The notes under the pieces were generated by a model. The model was not told the DNA's origin. It saw only the letters and a list, made by a program, of their open reading frames with translations, and searched no databases. DNA of 64,000 nt. Origin: Candidatus Hydrogenedens sp. GTDB taxonomy: Bacteria; Hydrogenedentota; Hydrogenedentia; Hydrogenedentales; Hydrogenedentaceae. The position numbers and the translations under genes are program-made. How positions within the stretch are numbered: the stretch's first letter is position 1; each line of letters begins with the position of its first letter. Location of the stretch: positions 32,001-96,000 of the forward strand of contig JBMFRC010000001.1 in NCBI GenBank assembly GCA_049968235.1, written 5' to 3'. Below are positions 49,232 to 60,539 of this stretch, piece after piece.

Positions 49232-50002
49232 ATGAGTGAACTTATTAAAAAATCTGCAGAGTTAATTGCGAATTCCAAGAATGTGGTCGCAGTAACAGGT
49301 GCGGGAATTTCTGTTGAAAGTGGGATTCCTGATTTCCGAAGTGAAGGGGGGCTCTGGTCGCGTTTCCCACCTGAAGAATATGCTACATATGAGGCATTTC
49401 TGGATAATCCGGACAAGGTTTGGGAATTGTTTTATGAAATTGGGGATACGATTGCAAAAGCAAAACCCAATCCTGCCCATATTGCCCTTGCGAGGTTGGA
49501 GGAATTGGGCCATCTGGTAGCAGTAATCACACAAAATATTGATAATTTGCACTATTCCGCGGGAAGTAAAACAGTAGTTGAATATCATGGAAATGCCCAG
49601 ATACTTTCTTGCACAGCCTGCTGGCGAAAAAGACCTATGAGTCTATCTCATCGGAATCATGGGGCACCGCGTTGTGAATGTGGTGGATATATGAAGCCTG
49701 ATGTTGTGTTATTTGGGGAACCCATTCCTTCTCAGGCACTATTTATGGGAGAAACATTAGCAAAAAGTTGTGAAGTTATGCTGGTTGTCGGGACATCGGC
49801 TCAAGTCTATCCCGCTGCATCTCTCCCTTATACTGCAAAACAATGGGGTGCGTTTATTATCGAATTTAATGTGAATAGAACACCATTTACAGAGTCTGTA
49901 ACGGACATATTTATCGAAGGACCCGTTGGACAAACATTACCGGAAATATTGAAGTGTGTGGAAGAAATAGATAAACAAAAACAAGTAGACAAAAATGATT
50001 AA
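49232..50002 (+). CDS. cobB: NAD-dependent protein deacylase (sirtuin, CobB/Sir2 family)
   Basis: GAGISVESGIPDFRSEGGLWSRF… and zinc-binding CxxC…CxxC. Confidence 0.85.
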   Translation: MSELIKKSAELIANSKNVVAVTGAGISVESGIPDFRSEGGLWSRFPPEEYATYEAFLDNPDKVWELFYEIGDTIAKAKPNPAHIALARLEELGHLVAVITQNIDNLHYSAGSKTVVEYHGNAQILSCTACWRKRPMSLSHRNHGAPRCECGGYMKPDVVLFGEPIPSQALFMGETLAKSCEVMLVVGTSAQVYPAASLPYTAKQWGAFIIEFNVNRTPFTESVTDIFIEGPVGQTLPEILKCVEEIDKQKQVDKND

Positions 50003-50054
50003 TTGTGCTATAATCTATAAATAAATTTAACTCCAATAGAAGGAGTAGATTGGT

Positions 50055-50249
50055 ATGGCGATTTATGAATATCATGCCATACGGGCAGAAGGTGATTTTG
50101 AAAAATCGTTTATTGGCGGAGTTGTAATTGCTAAAAACCGTCAGGAAGCAAAGGTAAAGTTGCGTCAAAAGGGATTGAAAGCCACAATGCTTCGTAGAGC
50201 ACGGGGAATTATGGCAGTATTAAAATGGTTTGACGCAGACATTCGGTAA
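50055..50249 (+). CDS. Small hypothetical protein (64 aa)
   Basis: AGGAG 9 nt upstream. MAIYEYHAIRAEGDFEKSFIGGVVIAKNRQEAKVKLRQKGLKATMLRRARG…. Confidence 0.4.
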   Translation: MAIYEYHAIRAEGDFEKSFIGGVVIAKNRQEAKVKLRQKGLKATMLRRARGIMAVLKWFDADIR

Positions 50250-50382
50250 TATTTACAAATACTGCTCTTTTTTATTTTCATTTATATAAGTATAGGGAAG
50301 CGTATTCTACTTCTATTGAAAAGACAAAGCAGGGAGTAATAATACATTTGTTTATTCAGATTAATATTTTCTTTGTATTTTA

Positions 50383-53300
50383 TTAATTGGGGTAAGTATC
50401 GGGGACGACAACAACGCGAGTACTGAAGACATAATCTATGTCTTTAAGTTCTGGCACATAAGGTTCCGGACCCGGGAAACGAATTTGAATAAAGAATGCT
50501 GTCCAGCCCTGTTGTGGCACTTCAACAGTGCCGACATACGGGATAACTTCATTTTCTCCAAACTCACAAACACATGGGGGTTCGCCTTCTTCCTCTCCTT
50601 CTGCGGTAATATAGGATTTGGCAGTATCTATAATGTTGGTTTCTAGTATTTGAATTGTAGTTTCCTGTTGTTTTGCGAGTATGGAATTATCCTTACCTAT
50701 GGACAAATTAATCGGAGTATCAATTAGAGATGTAAGTGAAATGGAATTAGAGTAATTATCTTTCGATGGGAATGAAATTGTTTGATTCGGTGGAGTATAT
50801 CGGTATATCCAATTTTTATCTTCCAATATAGTGGAGCTTGCAATACTTATAGTTTTTATTTTTGTACCGTCGAGATCTATTGCATAGAACGCATCTTTAT
50901 TGGCATATAACACATCAAAATCGGAAGTATTTAATTCGATACCTGTTATTGGAATGGATGTGTTTAACCAATCCAGAGTGAACTGAATTTTACGGATATT
51001 GTTTATTAATGGTTCCGATGTATTGTTAACAATAGCAATGGCATCTCCTGTTTCTTTTATAACTATATTCATCGTAAACAAGCCTATGGGATCTATGGTT
51101 ATAAATGCCTTTTGATTATTCGGTTTCCATAGAGTTAGTAGTAATGTGGGGTTGTCCTGGGTGTTATTGATTGAAACAATGGATGTTTGATATATCCTAT
51201 TGTCAATAGGCTGAGACTTCCACCATGCAATATGAGCCTTTAATAATTGCTCATACGGGATAGCCGAACCATCTGCAATACCCTGCGTAATTTCATTCCA
51301 CATTGGAGGCATATCTTTTTTCAACTGTATAGCCAATTCTTCTTCTCCGGATTGATGAACAGAAAAGTTTTCACTGTGAATAAATTGATTTATCTCATCT
51401 TTCAAAAGAGAACCATATTGGTATCCCATTTGATAGGGGGTACCTTCTAAACAAAGCACCTTCTGGTTATCACTATTCCGGATGTTTCCGAGAATAGACT
51501 TTGCGGTATCCATGATGTCTGAATTTGCATAATAGGATTTTTCATTGGTTGTAGATGTATCAATAATTTTTTCTGGATCAAAGCCGGGGTCACCTCCGCA
51601 TTCTTCGCAGAATGGTTTTAACTTACTGCTTGACCATTCAAGACCTATTGTACTCAAACGGAAATCTCTTCCATTTTTATTTGTTGCCTGCCATAACAAA
51701 ACCTCTTTAGGTTTGGTAATTGCATCCAGGCGAATGCGGAAGGCTCTTTTATTAATATTTATTTCTGCAGTATCCTGCTCTACCCACCAGACAAATTTGG
51801 GTCTTTCCCGATTATTAATTACGGAAAGGTAAAAGGCTAATAAGGCTCTATACGAATTTTCATCGAGGTCAAGAGCATTAGAAGATGTCAGCCCATGGTC
51901 TGTATTGGGAGCATAATATAAGTATGCATTATCGGGATATACCACACCATTAGTAAGCGTAATGTTAGGTTTTAACATATTAAAATAGAATTTTGCAGAA
52001 TCGGGAAGGAAAAATTGGTCACCCGTTGAATTTAATATAAATTTAGGCATAGTTAAGGAGTCAACATAGTTAATAGGGTCAACGATTTTCCATAATGAAT
52101 TGCCTTCTGGTGTTCCGAGACGGTCAAAGATTCCAAAAGAGACATAATCAATCAAGGCAGGGGAAAACTTTTCACCGTATGAATAATAATGATGCTCAAT
52201 TTGATACGGCATATTTAAGACATCTATTACAATAGGCATTGCAGAATAAACGCGTGGGTCAACCGCAGAAGTTAACCATGTAGTCCAACCGCGTTTGGAC
52301 GCACCTGTTACTACGAATTTATTGATTTCATATCGGCGTCCGGGCTTTTCTTCCTTTACAAATTTCTGGACTGTATCCATAGCACGCACGGCGGAACGAA
52401 CCATAGGTAAAAGTACAGGCCAGGTAATATCTGCTTCTCTTGCTTTATACCCATCCATATACTTATCGTAACTATATGCAATAATACCATCTTCAACCCT
52501 CTTTTTGGTGTCATCAATAAACTGTAAGGGTTGATTGGGTACTGCTTTCAAGATAACCGCTATTGTTCCGGTAGCAGAGACAAAAGGTAGAACTAATTCT
52601 GCCTGGTCTGTAATATCGGGTTCACTGCCTGTAGAACCACCTGTAATTAGTAATATAGCTTTGTCATGTAATACGATGGAGGGTTCTATAATGGTAAGAT
52701 AATGTTTCCAGGGTTGAGCATTATATAATTCTTGAGACCCTCTCCACATTCCGGAAGTCATTTCAAGCATGTATGAAGAGATACCGAAAGCAGGAAAAGA
52801 AGCAGTTCGTAATAATTCGTAATCATAATACGGGTCACAAATTTGAACGAATTTTTTCAGTATTTGATTTTCAGGGACCGAACTGGGGGCTTTTGTTTGT
52901 ATTGCGACATTGATAGGACTTACTGTATTTAAACTAACATTACTTACTAATAGATAGACATAATCGAAACATTCGTCCTCAGTAGGAATGAATCTTTGTA
53001 TGTTTATTGTATCAAGGACACCATCTCCATTCGTATCCACTCCATCCTGGTCTAAAGTAAAGACCTTTTTTCTTAATGGATGATAGACTGCAAATTTTAA
53101 GCTATAGCCATTATCATCTGCACTCCATTCAGTTGGATTAAAGACTACTTGTGCGGTATCAGCAAGGGGATTTATATTCACTTTTACTGCACGGGATGAA
53201 AAGGGCAACACGGAAGATAGTTCGGGAATGGTTGACGGGTTAATGGTTACTTTATCTGTGGGGGCAGGGCTTTCTCGAGCAGGAACACCGACGAAGACAA

Positions 53301-55284
53301 AACGTTCTTCATTAAATACAAAGGGTTTGTCTTTACTATCTGAATCTCGCAAAACTGTTTCTTCAAATTTTTCTGCAGATTTACCACGCACATAATACCA
53401 GTATAAATCGGATAATCTCTCTTTTTCATCTGTTGCCGCATGAATAACAGCATCTAAAGTGGCATAAGTAAGTGTAGTTGCTAATTCATAATTTACTATC
53501 TGCTGAGGTTTGATATTTTCCTTGAACACTTTCTCTAATTCTTGAAGAAAACCACCATACGGGTCTCCGGAAGCACCAATTAAAGCGATAATGGGGACAT
53601 CTGTAAGTTTTCGTTCAAGATATACCCAGAATTCATGTCCCGCTTTATAATAATTTTTAGTTTTCATTGAAACAGGCTGGAAAAGAGCCTGTGATAAATC
53701 AAGATATTCATTTTTCTCAAAAGAACGAGCCCAGGTCCGGGCAGTATCTGCTTTTGTTGATTTTGCTTCGATTTCTTCAACAACACGGTCTGCTCGTTGA
53801 CCTAAATAAATAGCAATAGATTCGCGAATCCCCTTAAAATAAGAGACCATTTGTGGTTTTCCATATATATCAATATTCGACGGGTCAGGAATTGTAAGGT
53901 TAGGAAATTGGTAGTTGTCAAAACAAGAATAGAAAAGATATTGGGCAAAAATATTATAAGGGGTCAATTTCTGTTTTATATCCATGTTGGTTGTTTCGTT
54001 CAAAGCAGTTAAAGCATTATGGATAGATACCATTAAAAGTTGCTTCGGGTCTATAACAATATTTCCAAATTTGCGGTTTGCAATTGCAAGTTGATCAAAA
54101 TTCTCATATTCTGAGGTATAGCGAGAGTTCATATTAAAGAATATAACACCGTAGGCTCCCTCATGGTCTACTAAAATGGGATTCCGCATTCCCGATGCAA
54201 TATATTCGATATAAACTCCTGCTATTTTACTGGCGAGTTTTTTCAGGCTGTCAGATATTACCGACTCCGAAAAGTTTTCATTATAGAAGGAGTTGGGATT
54301 GTCCATATTTCCTTTTTCTAATGCAACCAGTTGTTTTATAACAGGCATTGAACCAAAAATACGCCATTTTAGATTCCACGGATAGATCAACTTCGCATCT
54401 TCGGGAACTGTTACAGGCACATCGATAATAGAAGCAGTCGGGAAAAATCCTACGACATAGGTCGCCTGATAAGGTAAACCTGTAATTTTTGCAAAGGCAT
54501 AATTCTCTCGTTTCTCCCCTAAAAGAGGGACTATTGAGCCGTCATCTAAAAGAGCCAGAATCAGGTATCTATTTGCGGGACGGTCTTGTTTGCTTTCTTC
54601 ACCGGGGAACAAAGGTATTTCTAATGTAGTGGAAACTATTTTATTATCCTTACTTTTTGCAAAAAGATTTTCTGTCTTCGCATTATGGGCAATACGATAG
54701 AAGGAGGACACCAATTCCATTGGTTCTGTAAAAGTAAATTGTCGGGTTTCTTTTGTCTCATAGATACTAAATGTAGTTTTCCCGAGGAGAGCACCTTGAG
54801 GAACTATAATATTTACTCCATAACCAGAAGCAACACCATTATATATGGGGCTTTGTGGGTCAATTACAGAGAAGGTTGTACCCGGATTTACCCGGATGTA
54901 ATTCACTTCTTTCCGTTCCGTAAGACCTCTACCTGTAGATATGATTAACTTTACGGTATATAGACTGGGATTATTACCGTCTTTTGGATTGTGATAATAA
55001 GTTTTTTTCGGATTGGGTAAATTACTGGTCTCTCCATCTCCGAAATCCCAATACCATGATACAATGGGTGAGTCTTCTGATATGGAAAGGTCGCTAAATT
55101 GGACTATTAAAGGTTCATTACCTTCTTTAGGTGATGCAGAGAATTGTGCAATTGGTTCTTTGTTTGCAGGAGGTTTTTTACAGCTTACCCCTCCTATAAC
55201 AAGTGCCAAAAGTAAAAATACTACCACGGGATATAAGACATTTTTTCTTTCCATAAACTTAAATCCTATCTTCTTTAATTGCAC
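50383..55284 (-). CDS. 1633-aa secreted multidomain protein: signal peptide, PKD domain, PhoPQ-activated pathogenicity-related (PqaA-type) alpha/beta-hydrolase domain, beta-rich C-terminal repeats
   Basis: Signal anchor …VVVFLLLALVIGGVSC. PKD motif SWYWDFGDGETS. '…FVVTGASKRGWTTWLTSAVD…' matches the PqaA/PF10142-type hydrolase. Confidence 0.6.
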   Translation of the reverse strand: MQLKKIGFKFMERKNVLYPVVVFLLLALVIGGVSCKKPPANKEPIAQFSASPKEGNEPLIVQFSDLSISEDSPIVSWYWDFGDGETSNLPNPKKTYYHNPKDGNNPSLYTVKLIISTGRGLTERKEVNYIRVNPGTTFSVIDPQSPIYNGVASGYGVNIIVPQGALLGKTTFSIYETKETRQFTFTEPMELVSSFYRIAHNAKTENLFAKSKDNKIVSTTLEIPLFPGEESKQDRPANRYLILALLDDGSIVPLLGEKRENYAFAKITGLPYQATYVVGFFPTASIIDVPVTVPEDAKLIYPWNLKWRIFGSMPVIKQLVALEKGNMDNPNSFYNENFSESVISDSLKKLASKIAGVYIEYIASGMRNPILVDHEGAYGVIFFNMNSRYTSEYENFDQLAIANRKFGNIVIDPKQLLMVSIHNALTALNETTNMDIKQKLTPYNIFAQYLFYSCFDNYQFPNLTIPDPSNIDIYGKPQMVSYFKGIRESIAIYLGQRADRVVEEIEAKSTKADTARTWARSFEKNEYLDLSQALFQPVSMKTKNYYKAGHEFWVYLERKLTDVPIIALIGASGDPYGGFLQELEKVFKENIKPQQIVNYELATTLTYATLDAVIHAATDEKERLSDLYWYYVRGKSAEKFEETVLRDSDSKDKPFVFNEERFVFVGVPARESPAPTDKVTINPSTIPELSSVLPFSSRAVKVNINPLADTAQVVFNPTEWSADDNGYSLKFAVYHPLRKKVFTLDQDGVDTNGDGVLDTINIQRFIPTEDECFDYVYLLVSNVSLNTVSPINVAIQTKAPSSVPENQILKKFVQICDPYYDYELLRTASFPAFGISSYMLEMTSGMWRGSQELYNAQPWKHYLTIIEPSIVLHDKAILLITGGSTGSEPDITDQAELVLPFVSATGTIAVILKAVPNQPLQFIDDTKKRVEDGIIAYSYDKYMDGYKAREADITWPVLLPMVRSAVRAMDTVQKFVKEEKPGRRYEINKFVVTGASKRGWTTWLTSAVDPRVYSAMPIVIDVLNMPYQIEHHYYSYGEKFSPALIDYVSFGIFDRLGTPEGNSLWKIVDPINYVDSLTMPKFILNSTGDQFFLPDSAKFYFNMLKPNITLTNGVVYPDNAYLYYAPNTDHGLTSSNALDLDENSYRALLAFYLSVINNRERPKFVWWVEQDTAEININKRAFRIRLDAITKPKEVLLWQATNKNGRDFRLSTIGLEWSSSKLKPFCEECGGDPGFDPEKIIDTSTTNEKSYYANSDIMDTAKSILGNIRNSDNQKVLCLEGTPYQMGYQYGSLLKDEINQFIHSENFSVHQSGEEELAIQLKKDMPPMWNEITQGIADGSAIPYEQLLKAHIAWWKSQPIDNRIYQTSIVSINNTQDNPTLLLTLWKPNNQKAFITIDPIGLFTMNIVIKETGDAIAIVNNTSEPLINNIRKIQFTLDWLNTSIPITGIELNTSDFDVLYANKDAFYAIDLDGTKIKTISIASSTILEDKNWIYRYTPPNQTISFPSKDNYSNSISLTSLIDTPINLSIGKDNSILAKQQETTIQILETNIIDTAKSYITAEGEEEGEPPCVCEFGENEVIPYVGTVEVPQQGWTAFFIQIRFPGPEPYVPELKDIDYVFSTRVVVVPDTYPN

Positions 55285-55604
55285 AAAACACAGTTATTGA
55301 ATTGCGAATATGAAAAGTTCTATTAAAACTATTTTTTCTGTTTTTTGTCAAGTTTTTTTAACAATCATTTTATTTTTATAACATATTAAAATAGTATAAT
55401 TTTTTTATGTCTTTTGTCAACATTTTTCCTATGAAAAATGCCCTGTTTCATTTTATTTTTTTTGTTTCTTGATATTTCGGAAATAAACTATCTAATGTAA
55501 AATTATAATTTAAAATTGTTATAATTCTATATTCATCGTTTCTTTTCTCATATTATACTATAATCAGTCTTTGATAATTCTTTTTTCACTAAGGATAGGT
55601 AGTT

Positions 55605-56888
55605 ATGGTATTTAAAACTTTATTTGAAGAACTTCAATGGCGGGGAATGATACACCAGATAACGCACCCGGAACTTGCAGAAAAACTACATCAAGAAAAG
55701 TTTACTCTATATTGTGGTTTTGACCCTACATCAGACAGTTTACATATCGGTAGTTTATTACCTATTATGGGTTTAGTTCATTTTCAACGATGGGGACATA
55801 AGCCTATTGTTCTCATAGGAGGAGGGACCGGGCTAATAGGTGACCCCAGCGGAAAAAAGGATGAACGACAATTACAAAGTAAAGAAGATATAGAGAGAAA
55901 TGCACAGGGTATAAAAAAACAACTTTCCCAATTTATCTCTTTTGTGGGAAATAATCCCGCTATTATGGTTAATAATGCGGACTGGCTTTGTGAATTACAT
56001 TTGTTGGATTTTTTGAGGGATATTGGCAAACATTTTAGTGTAAATGTAATGTTAACAAAAGATGCTATACGGCAACGATTGGAAGACCGCGAACATGGCA
56101 TTTCTTACACGGAGTTTACATACTGTCTTTTACAATCTTATGACTACCTGTATTTGTGTAAAAATTTTGATTGTTGCCTCCAGATAGGTGGCTCTGACCA
56201 ATGGGGTAATATTGTTTCGGGTATGGAATTAACGCGTCGATTGTTAAGTAAAGAAACTTATGGGCTAACTCTTCCTCTGGTTACAAAAGCGGATGGTACA
56301 AAATTCGGGAAAACGGAATCCGGCAATATCTGGCTTGATGCGAATAAAACAACTCCCTATCGCTTTTATCAATTCTGGATTAATCAGGCAGATGCAGATA
56401 CTCCGAAATACCTGCGATATTTCACCTTGCTATCTGCGGAAGAAATAGAAGTATTGGAAGAACAAATTCAAACGGAACCTCACAAAAGGGCAGGACAAAA
56501 AGCATTAGCGAGGGAAATCACAAGAATGGTGCATGGTGAAACTGCACTCCAGAGTGCTATTCGTGCAAGTGAAGCCATGTTTGGAGGAGATTTGCATCAA
56601 CTGGAACTTTCTGTGCTGGAAGATGTTTTTAGTGATGTTCCTCATGCAAAGGCTCCGATAAATTACATTACAGAAAATCACTTTTTATTAGATTTACTGA
56701 TAAATACAGGTATATTGGAGAGTAAAGGGGAAGGAAGACGACTTATAAAAAATGGAGGTTTATATATAAATAATGAACGAGTAACAGAAGATACATTACG
56801 ATTAAATGAAAATTATCTTCTCGGTGGTTCATTATTGGTTATCCGCCTTGGGAAAAAAGATTATAGATTAATTCAATTTTTGAAATAG
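55605..56888 (+). CDS. tyrS: Tyrosyl-tRNA synthetase (with C-terminal S4 domain)
   Basis: …YCGFDPTSDSLHIGSLLPIMGL… (HIGH region) and KFGKTESG (KMSKS). Confidence 0.9.
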   Translation: MVFKTLFEELQWRGMIHQITHPELAEKLHQEKFTLYCGFDPTSDSLHIGSLLPIMGLVHFQRWGHKPIVLIGGGTGLIGDPSGKKDERQLQSKEDIERNAQGIKKQLSQFISFVGNNPAIMVNNADWLCELHLLDFLRDIGKHFSVNVMLTKDAIRQRLEDREHGISYTEFTYCLLQSYDYLYLCKNFDCCLQIGGSDQWGNIVSGMELTRRLLSKETYGLTLPLVTKADGTKFGKTESGNIWLDANKTTPYRFYQFWINQADADTPKYLRYFTLLSAEEIEVLEEQIQTEPHKRAGQKALAREITRMVHGETALQSAIRASEAMFGGDLHQLELSVLEDVFSDVPHAKAPINYITENHFLLDLLINTGILESKGEGRRLIKNGGLYINNERVTEDTLRLNENYLLGGSLLVIRLGKKDYRLIQFLK

Positions 56889-56897
56889 ACAAATCAT

Positions 56898-57689
56898 ATG
56901 TCAGCAAATCAAACAGAGGCTTTTGTTGTCCATTTATATGATTATAGTGAAACAAGCCGAATCATCCAGTTTTTAACAGCACACAGGGGGAAAATGTCAT
57001 GTATCGCCAAAGGGGTACATCGAAAAAATAATCCATGGAGTTTTTGCCTGGACCGATTAAATCGAGTTGAAATTTTTTACACATGGAAATCTACACGCGA
57101 GGTGCAAACTTTAACCGAAGTTAATTTAATCGATAGTTATCCTGAATTAAAGAAAGATATAAAAAAGCAGGTGCTTGCAAGTCTTGTATTGGAAACTGCT
57201 TTTTCTATGACGGAAACAGAACAGAGAATCCATAGGACATATACACAGGTCTGTAAAGCATTTGAACAAATTAGCAGTCTAAATACAAATAGTGAACATG
57301 CTGTCTTTCTTGCTTGCTGGCATTTATGGCAGATATTAGTTCACAATGGGATAGAACCTCAATTGCGTATCTGTGTTCGCTGTGGGAAACCATTAAAAGA
57401 AGTGCGACATTTCTCATTGCAGGGAGGTGTTGTATGTAACAATTGCAAATCAGATAGAACATTAAATGATGAAGAAATTCGTGGGTTGCAATTATTACAA
57501 TATCTCGAAGACCCTTTGAATATCCCTTATGAGAATAAATCTTTTCTGTCTCTTTTTGATAAGAAAATTTTACCTTTTATATGCTCTTTCATAACATTTC
57601 ATCTTGGACATCCGTTAAAGTCGTATAATGTGTTCAAAGAACTATATCCTATAAATTTACAAGGAGTTAATCATGAAACACAAAACTAA
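56898..57689 (+). CDS. recO: DNA repair protein RecO
   Basis: N-terminal OB fold …EAFVVHLYDYSETSRIIQFLT… C-terminal zinc finger CVRCGKPL…CNNC. Confidence 0.8.
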   Translation: MSANQTEAFVVHLYDYSETSRIIQFLTAHRGKMSCIAKGVHRKNNPWSFCLDRLNRVEIFYTWKSTREVQTLTEVNLIDSYPELKKDIKKQVLASLVLETAFSMTETEQRIHRTYTQVCKAFEQISSLNTNSEHAVFLACWHLWQILVHNGIEPQLRICVRCGKPLKEVRHFSLQGGVVCNNCKSDRTLNDEEIRGLQLLQYLEDPLNIPYENKSFLSLFDKKILPFICSFITFHLGHPLKSYNVFKELYPINLQGVNHETQN

Positions 57690-58974
57690 CATTCTATTCT
57701 TTCTTTTATCTTTTTTGATTTTATTGCTGAATACTTCCTGTTACTCCATCATATTTGGTAGTAGAGACTTTAATATGAAGAGAGGTGTTTTATATCGTGG
57801 AAAAGATGAAACTTATATCCTCCAGTGTTTTTATGCGCCCGAGACCGCCAGACAGGGTGCTGAATTAAAAACAATGTTGCCTCTATTAGCCAGTATAGGA
57901 GAGGTTGGTGGAAATGGTATTGCTATGGACCTACTTCGAGATGCGAATTCCGTCTCGGTTGATATGAAGGACATAGAAACAATTAAAACTTATGCAGACC
58001 GTGCTAAAGACCAGTATATGACTGTTGTTTTGAGAATTGCACCTAATTCACAGCCTAATAAAAACAATCCTTTATTAAATATCCTCAGACAGAATTTCAA
58101 AGGGTTATTAACTATTATTTATTGGACTGATGGACCTTATGCCAATGAATGGACAAAAGCAATGAAGAAGATTAATAGATATTGGGTCTTTGTTTCTAAA
58201 GAGAATGCAGATTTAATCCTTACAGAAGATGTATCACGAACAAAATTACCTAAAGAAAAAGTTATATTTACTGTTGCTCCCGGAGAACAAATTGGCAAAG
58301 TTCATTTCTTATTACCCTATACCAGGGAGAATCTTAATCATATAGAAGAAACTTATGCTAAATACACACCCTGCACAAAATTGGATACAAATTCTGCACT
58401 ATCCTTATTAAGTGAACAGGAACGACAGGAAGGATTTATCCCATTATTTGACGGGAAAACAATAAATGGATGGTGGTATTTAGGGGATAATCATAATTGT
58501 TTTGCAGTTAATCCAAATGGATTTATTGAATGGAAAAGTAAGGGGGGCAAAGCATTAATGTCTTGTGAACGATATGATAATTTCATCTTACGGTTGGAAT
58601 GGATGATAGAGAAAGGAGGCAATACGGGGGTATGGGTTAGGGCTCCGCGTGGAAGTAGAGCATCTAAAATTGGATTTGAAGTACAAATATTGGGTGATAG
58701 TGATACAACCGCATTAACCGATGATACAACCGGCGCTATTTATAAGGTGGTCCCACCGAAAGTAAAAGCCATGAAACCGGAGGGGCAGTGGAATGACATC
58801 GAAATTATTTGTAATGGACCTTATGTGAAAGTAACTTTGAACGGGCAGGTAGTTCAGGACATTAATTTTGATGATGTTGAAGAATTAAAATATCGTTTAC
58901 GAAAGGGATTTATTGGGTTGACCGACCACGGAAATTATTGTGGATTCCGGAACATTAGAATTAAACCTCTATGA
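57673..58974 (+). CDS. Lipoprotein with C-terminal DUF1080 (3-keto-disaccharide hydrolase-like jelly-roll) domain
   Basis: Lipobox …LLLNTSCYS. …FIPLFDGKTINGWWYLGDN…NTGVWVRAP…GFEVQILGD… has the DUF1080 pattern. Confidence 0.6.
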   Translation: MKHKTNILFFLLSFLILLLNTSCYSIIFGSRDFNMKRGVLYRGKDETYILQCFYAPETARQGAELKTMLPLLASIGEVGGNGIAMDLLRDANSVSVDMKDIETIKTYADRAKDQYMTVVLRIAPNSQPNKNNPLLNILRQNFKGLLTIIYWTDGPYANEWTKAMKKINRYWVFVSKENADLILTEDVSRTKLPKEKVIFTVAPGEQIGKVHFLLPYTRENLNHIEETYAKYTPCTKLDTNSALSLLSEQERQEGFIPLFDGKTINGWWYLGDNHNCFAVNPNGFIEWKSKGGKALMSCERYDNFILRLEWMIEKGGNTGVWVRAPRGSRASKIGFEVQILGDSDTTALTDDTTGAIYKVVPPKVKAMKPEGQWNDIEIICNGPYVKVTLNGQVVQDINFDDVEELKYRLRKGFIGLTDHGNYCGFRNIRIKPL

Positions 58975-58987
58975 TAGGTAAGTTGTA

Positions 58988-60454
58988 GTGAAAAGTTTTT
59001 TTCTTTTTTCAAATCAGATATTTTACCGTTTCATCTTACTTATTTTTGTTTTTACTCATATCGCTTGTGCGGTAGAACCGATAATTACCAGTGAAACACA
59101 ACTGGAGCATGGTGTTGAAGTAGTGTCCGTTAAAGGGGATTGGAACTACCAGATTATTACTGCTCGTGTTCCGTATATAGGGATTGAAGGTGATAATAAA
59201 ACGGGTCTGGCAAGACTTGTCATTCCAGTTCGCAAATTAAAGGAAAAGAACAAATTACCCGCATTTTGTCATGTTCATTACGAGAAAGATATAGCAGGGG
59301 CAAAAAAATGGGCACAAAATGGCTGGATTGTTTCAACCGCAGTTTACACCCCTGCAGAGGGAGAATCCCCCATAGACTCCGCTCTGGGTAATGGCTATAA
59401 TTTAGCACGGGCTATTATTCAATGGATAAAACGGCTACCCATCGTTGACAAATGCCATATTTTAATTGATGGGGGTAGTCAGGGTGGATATATGGCTCTG
59501 GCAATGAGTGCAGACCTATTCCCTGTCATTGCCACACATGCAGATGTTCCTGTCGTAAATTGGGCATATAATTTTGCTTATTTTGAAGCGAATAGAGAAA
59601 TTGCAGGATTTGGGAAACCTGCGGACCAATCTCCGATACCTGTTCTTGCAAGTGTGATTGGTCTAGCAGATATGTGTTATAAATACTTCCCTAAAGATTT
59701 AAACAATGAATGCTGGTATAATCTAAGCCCTATTTCTTATTTAAATTTAATAACAAATCCGGTAATGATAACCTGTGCTACCGGAGATATGCTCGTCCCT
59801 ATAGAGCAGATGACTCAAAAATATGTAAGGGAATATGATAGCCAGCAGTTTCCGGAAGGATTTACAAGGGATTTTAAAAATCTCCCCTTTTGTCCATTAG
59901 CTAAAAAGGTGTTTGAGGAACTTATTCCCGAAGATAATTATGAAATATTTTTGCTTCAACCCCAAAAGAATAGTTTTGAAATTACTCGCGAGATGTTAAC
60001 GAATAACAAATTAAAACCGAAAGTTCGTCCTGAAGCCACAGACAAGCCATGGAGTAGAACCCGTCAATGGTCTCTTGTATATCTCGATGAAGGGGGACCT
60101 TCTCCTGTAGCAGGACATACCAAACTTGAATGGGCTTTAACACCCGATAGTTTTACAGAATATTACAAATCTGCATCTTTACCTGTATCTGTATTAACTG
60201 TCGATAAACTGGAACATTTACTACGAAGATATAATGGAGAAATGGATAGACAAATTTTATTGAATAATGGCAACTCTGCACAGAGACTCAATTATTCCCA
60301 TCTGGAACAATTCGATGTTTTAATTTCACTTTCGGAATATGCTCAAATCAGTGAAGAACATAAGAAATATTTACAGGAAACTTACGAAAAATCAACTATT
60401 AAGCCGTTTGGGTCTTCCATCAACGAATATCTTTTGAAAAAAGCCGTTTTGTAA
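58988..60454 (+). CDS. Secreted alpha/beta-hydrolase-fold protein (GxSxG nucleophile elbow)
   Basis: N-terminal signal/TM. …ILIDGGSQGGYMALAMSA… Family otherwise unassigned. Confidence 0.5.
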   Translation: MKSFFLFSNQIFYRFILLIFVFTHIACAVEPIITSETQLEHGVEVVSVKGDWNYQIITARVPYIGIEGDNKTGLARLVIPVRKLKEKNKLPAFCHVHYEKDIAGAKKWAQNGWIVSTAVYTPAEGESPIDSALGNGYNLARAIIQWIKRLPIVDKCHILIDGGSQGGYMALAMSADLFPVIATHADVPVVNWAYNFAYFEANREIAGFGKPADQSPIPVLASVIGLADMCYKYFPKDLNNECWYNLSPISYLNLITNPVMITCATGDMLVPIEQMTQKYVREYDSQQFPEGFTRDFKNLPFCPLAKKVFEELIPEDNYEIFLLQPQKNSFEITREMLTNNKLKPKVRPEATDKPWSRTRQWSLVYLDEGGPSPVAGHTKLEWALTPDSFTEYYKSASLPVSVLTVDKLEHLLRRYNGEMDRQILLNNGNSAQRLNYSHLEQFDVLISLSEYAQISEEHKKYLQETYEKSTIKPFGSSINEYLLKKAVL

Positions 60455-60539
60455 TTTGTTCTAATAAAAGATTTTTCGATATTATTTTTATCCGTAGAAT
60501 TTATCAAGTTTAAATACCAAGAAACCGGTGGAGGAGTAA

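Noticed and set aside
55285-55604. T-box leader upstream of tyrS
   Set aside because: The 320-bp upstream region is AT-rich without the conserved T-box sequence (AAUUAGGGUGGNACCGCG) or an evident antiterminator.
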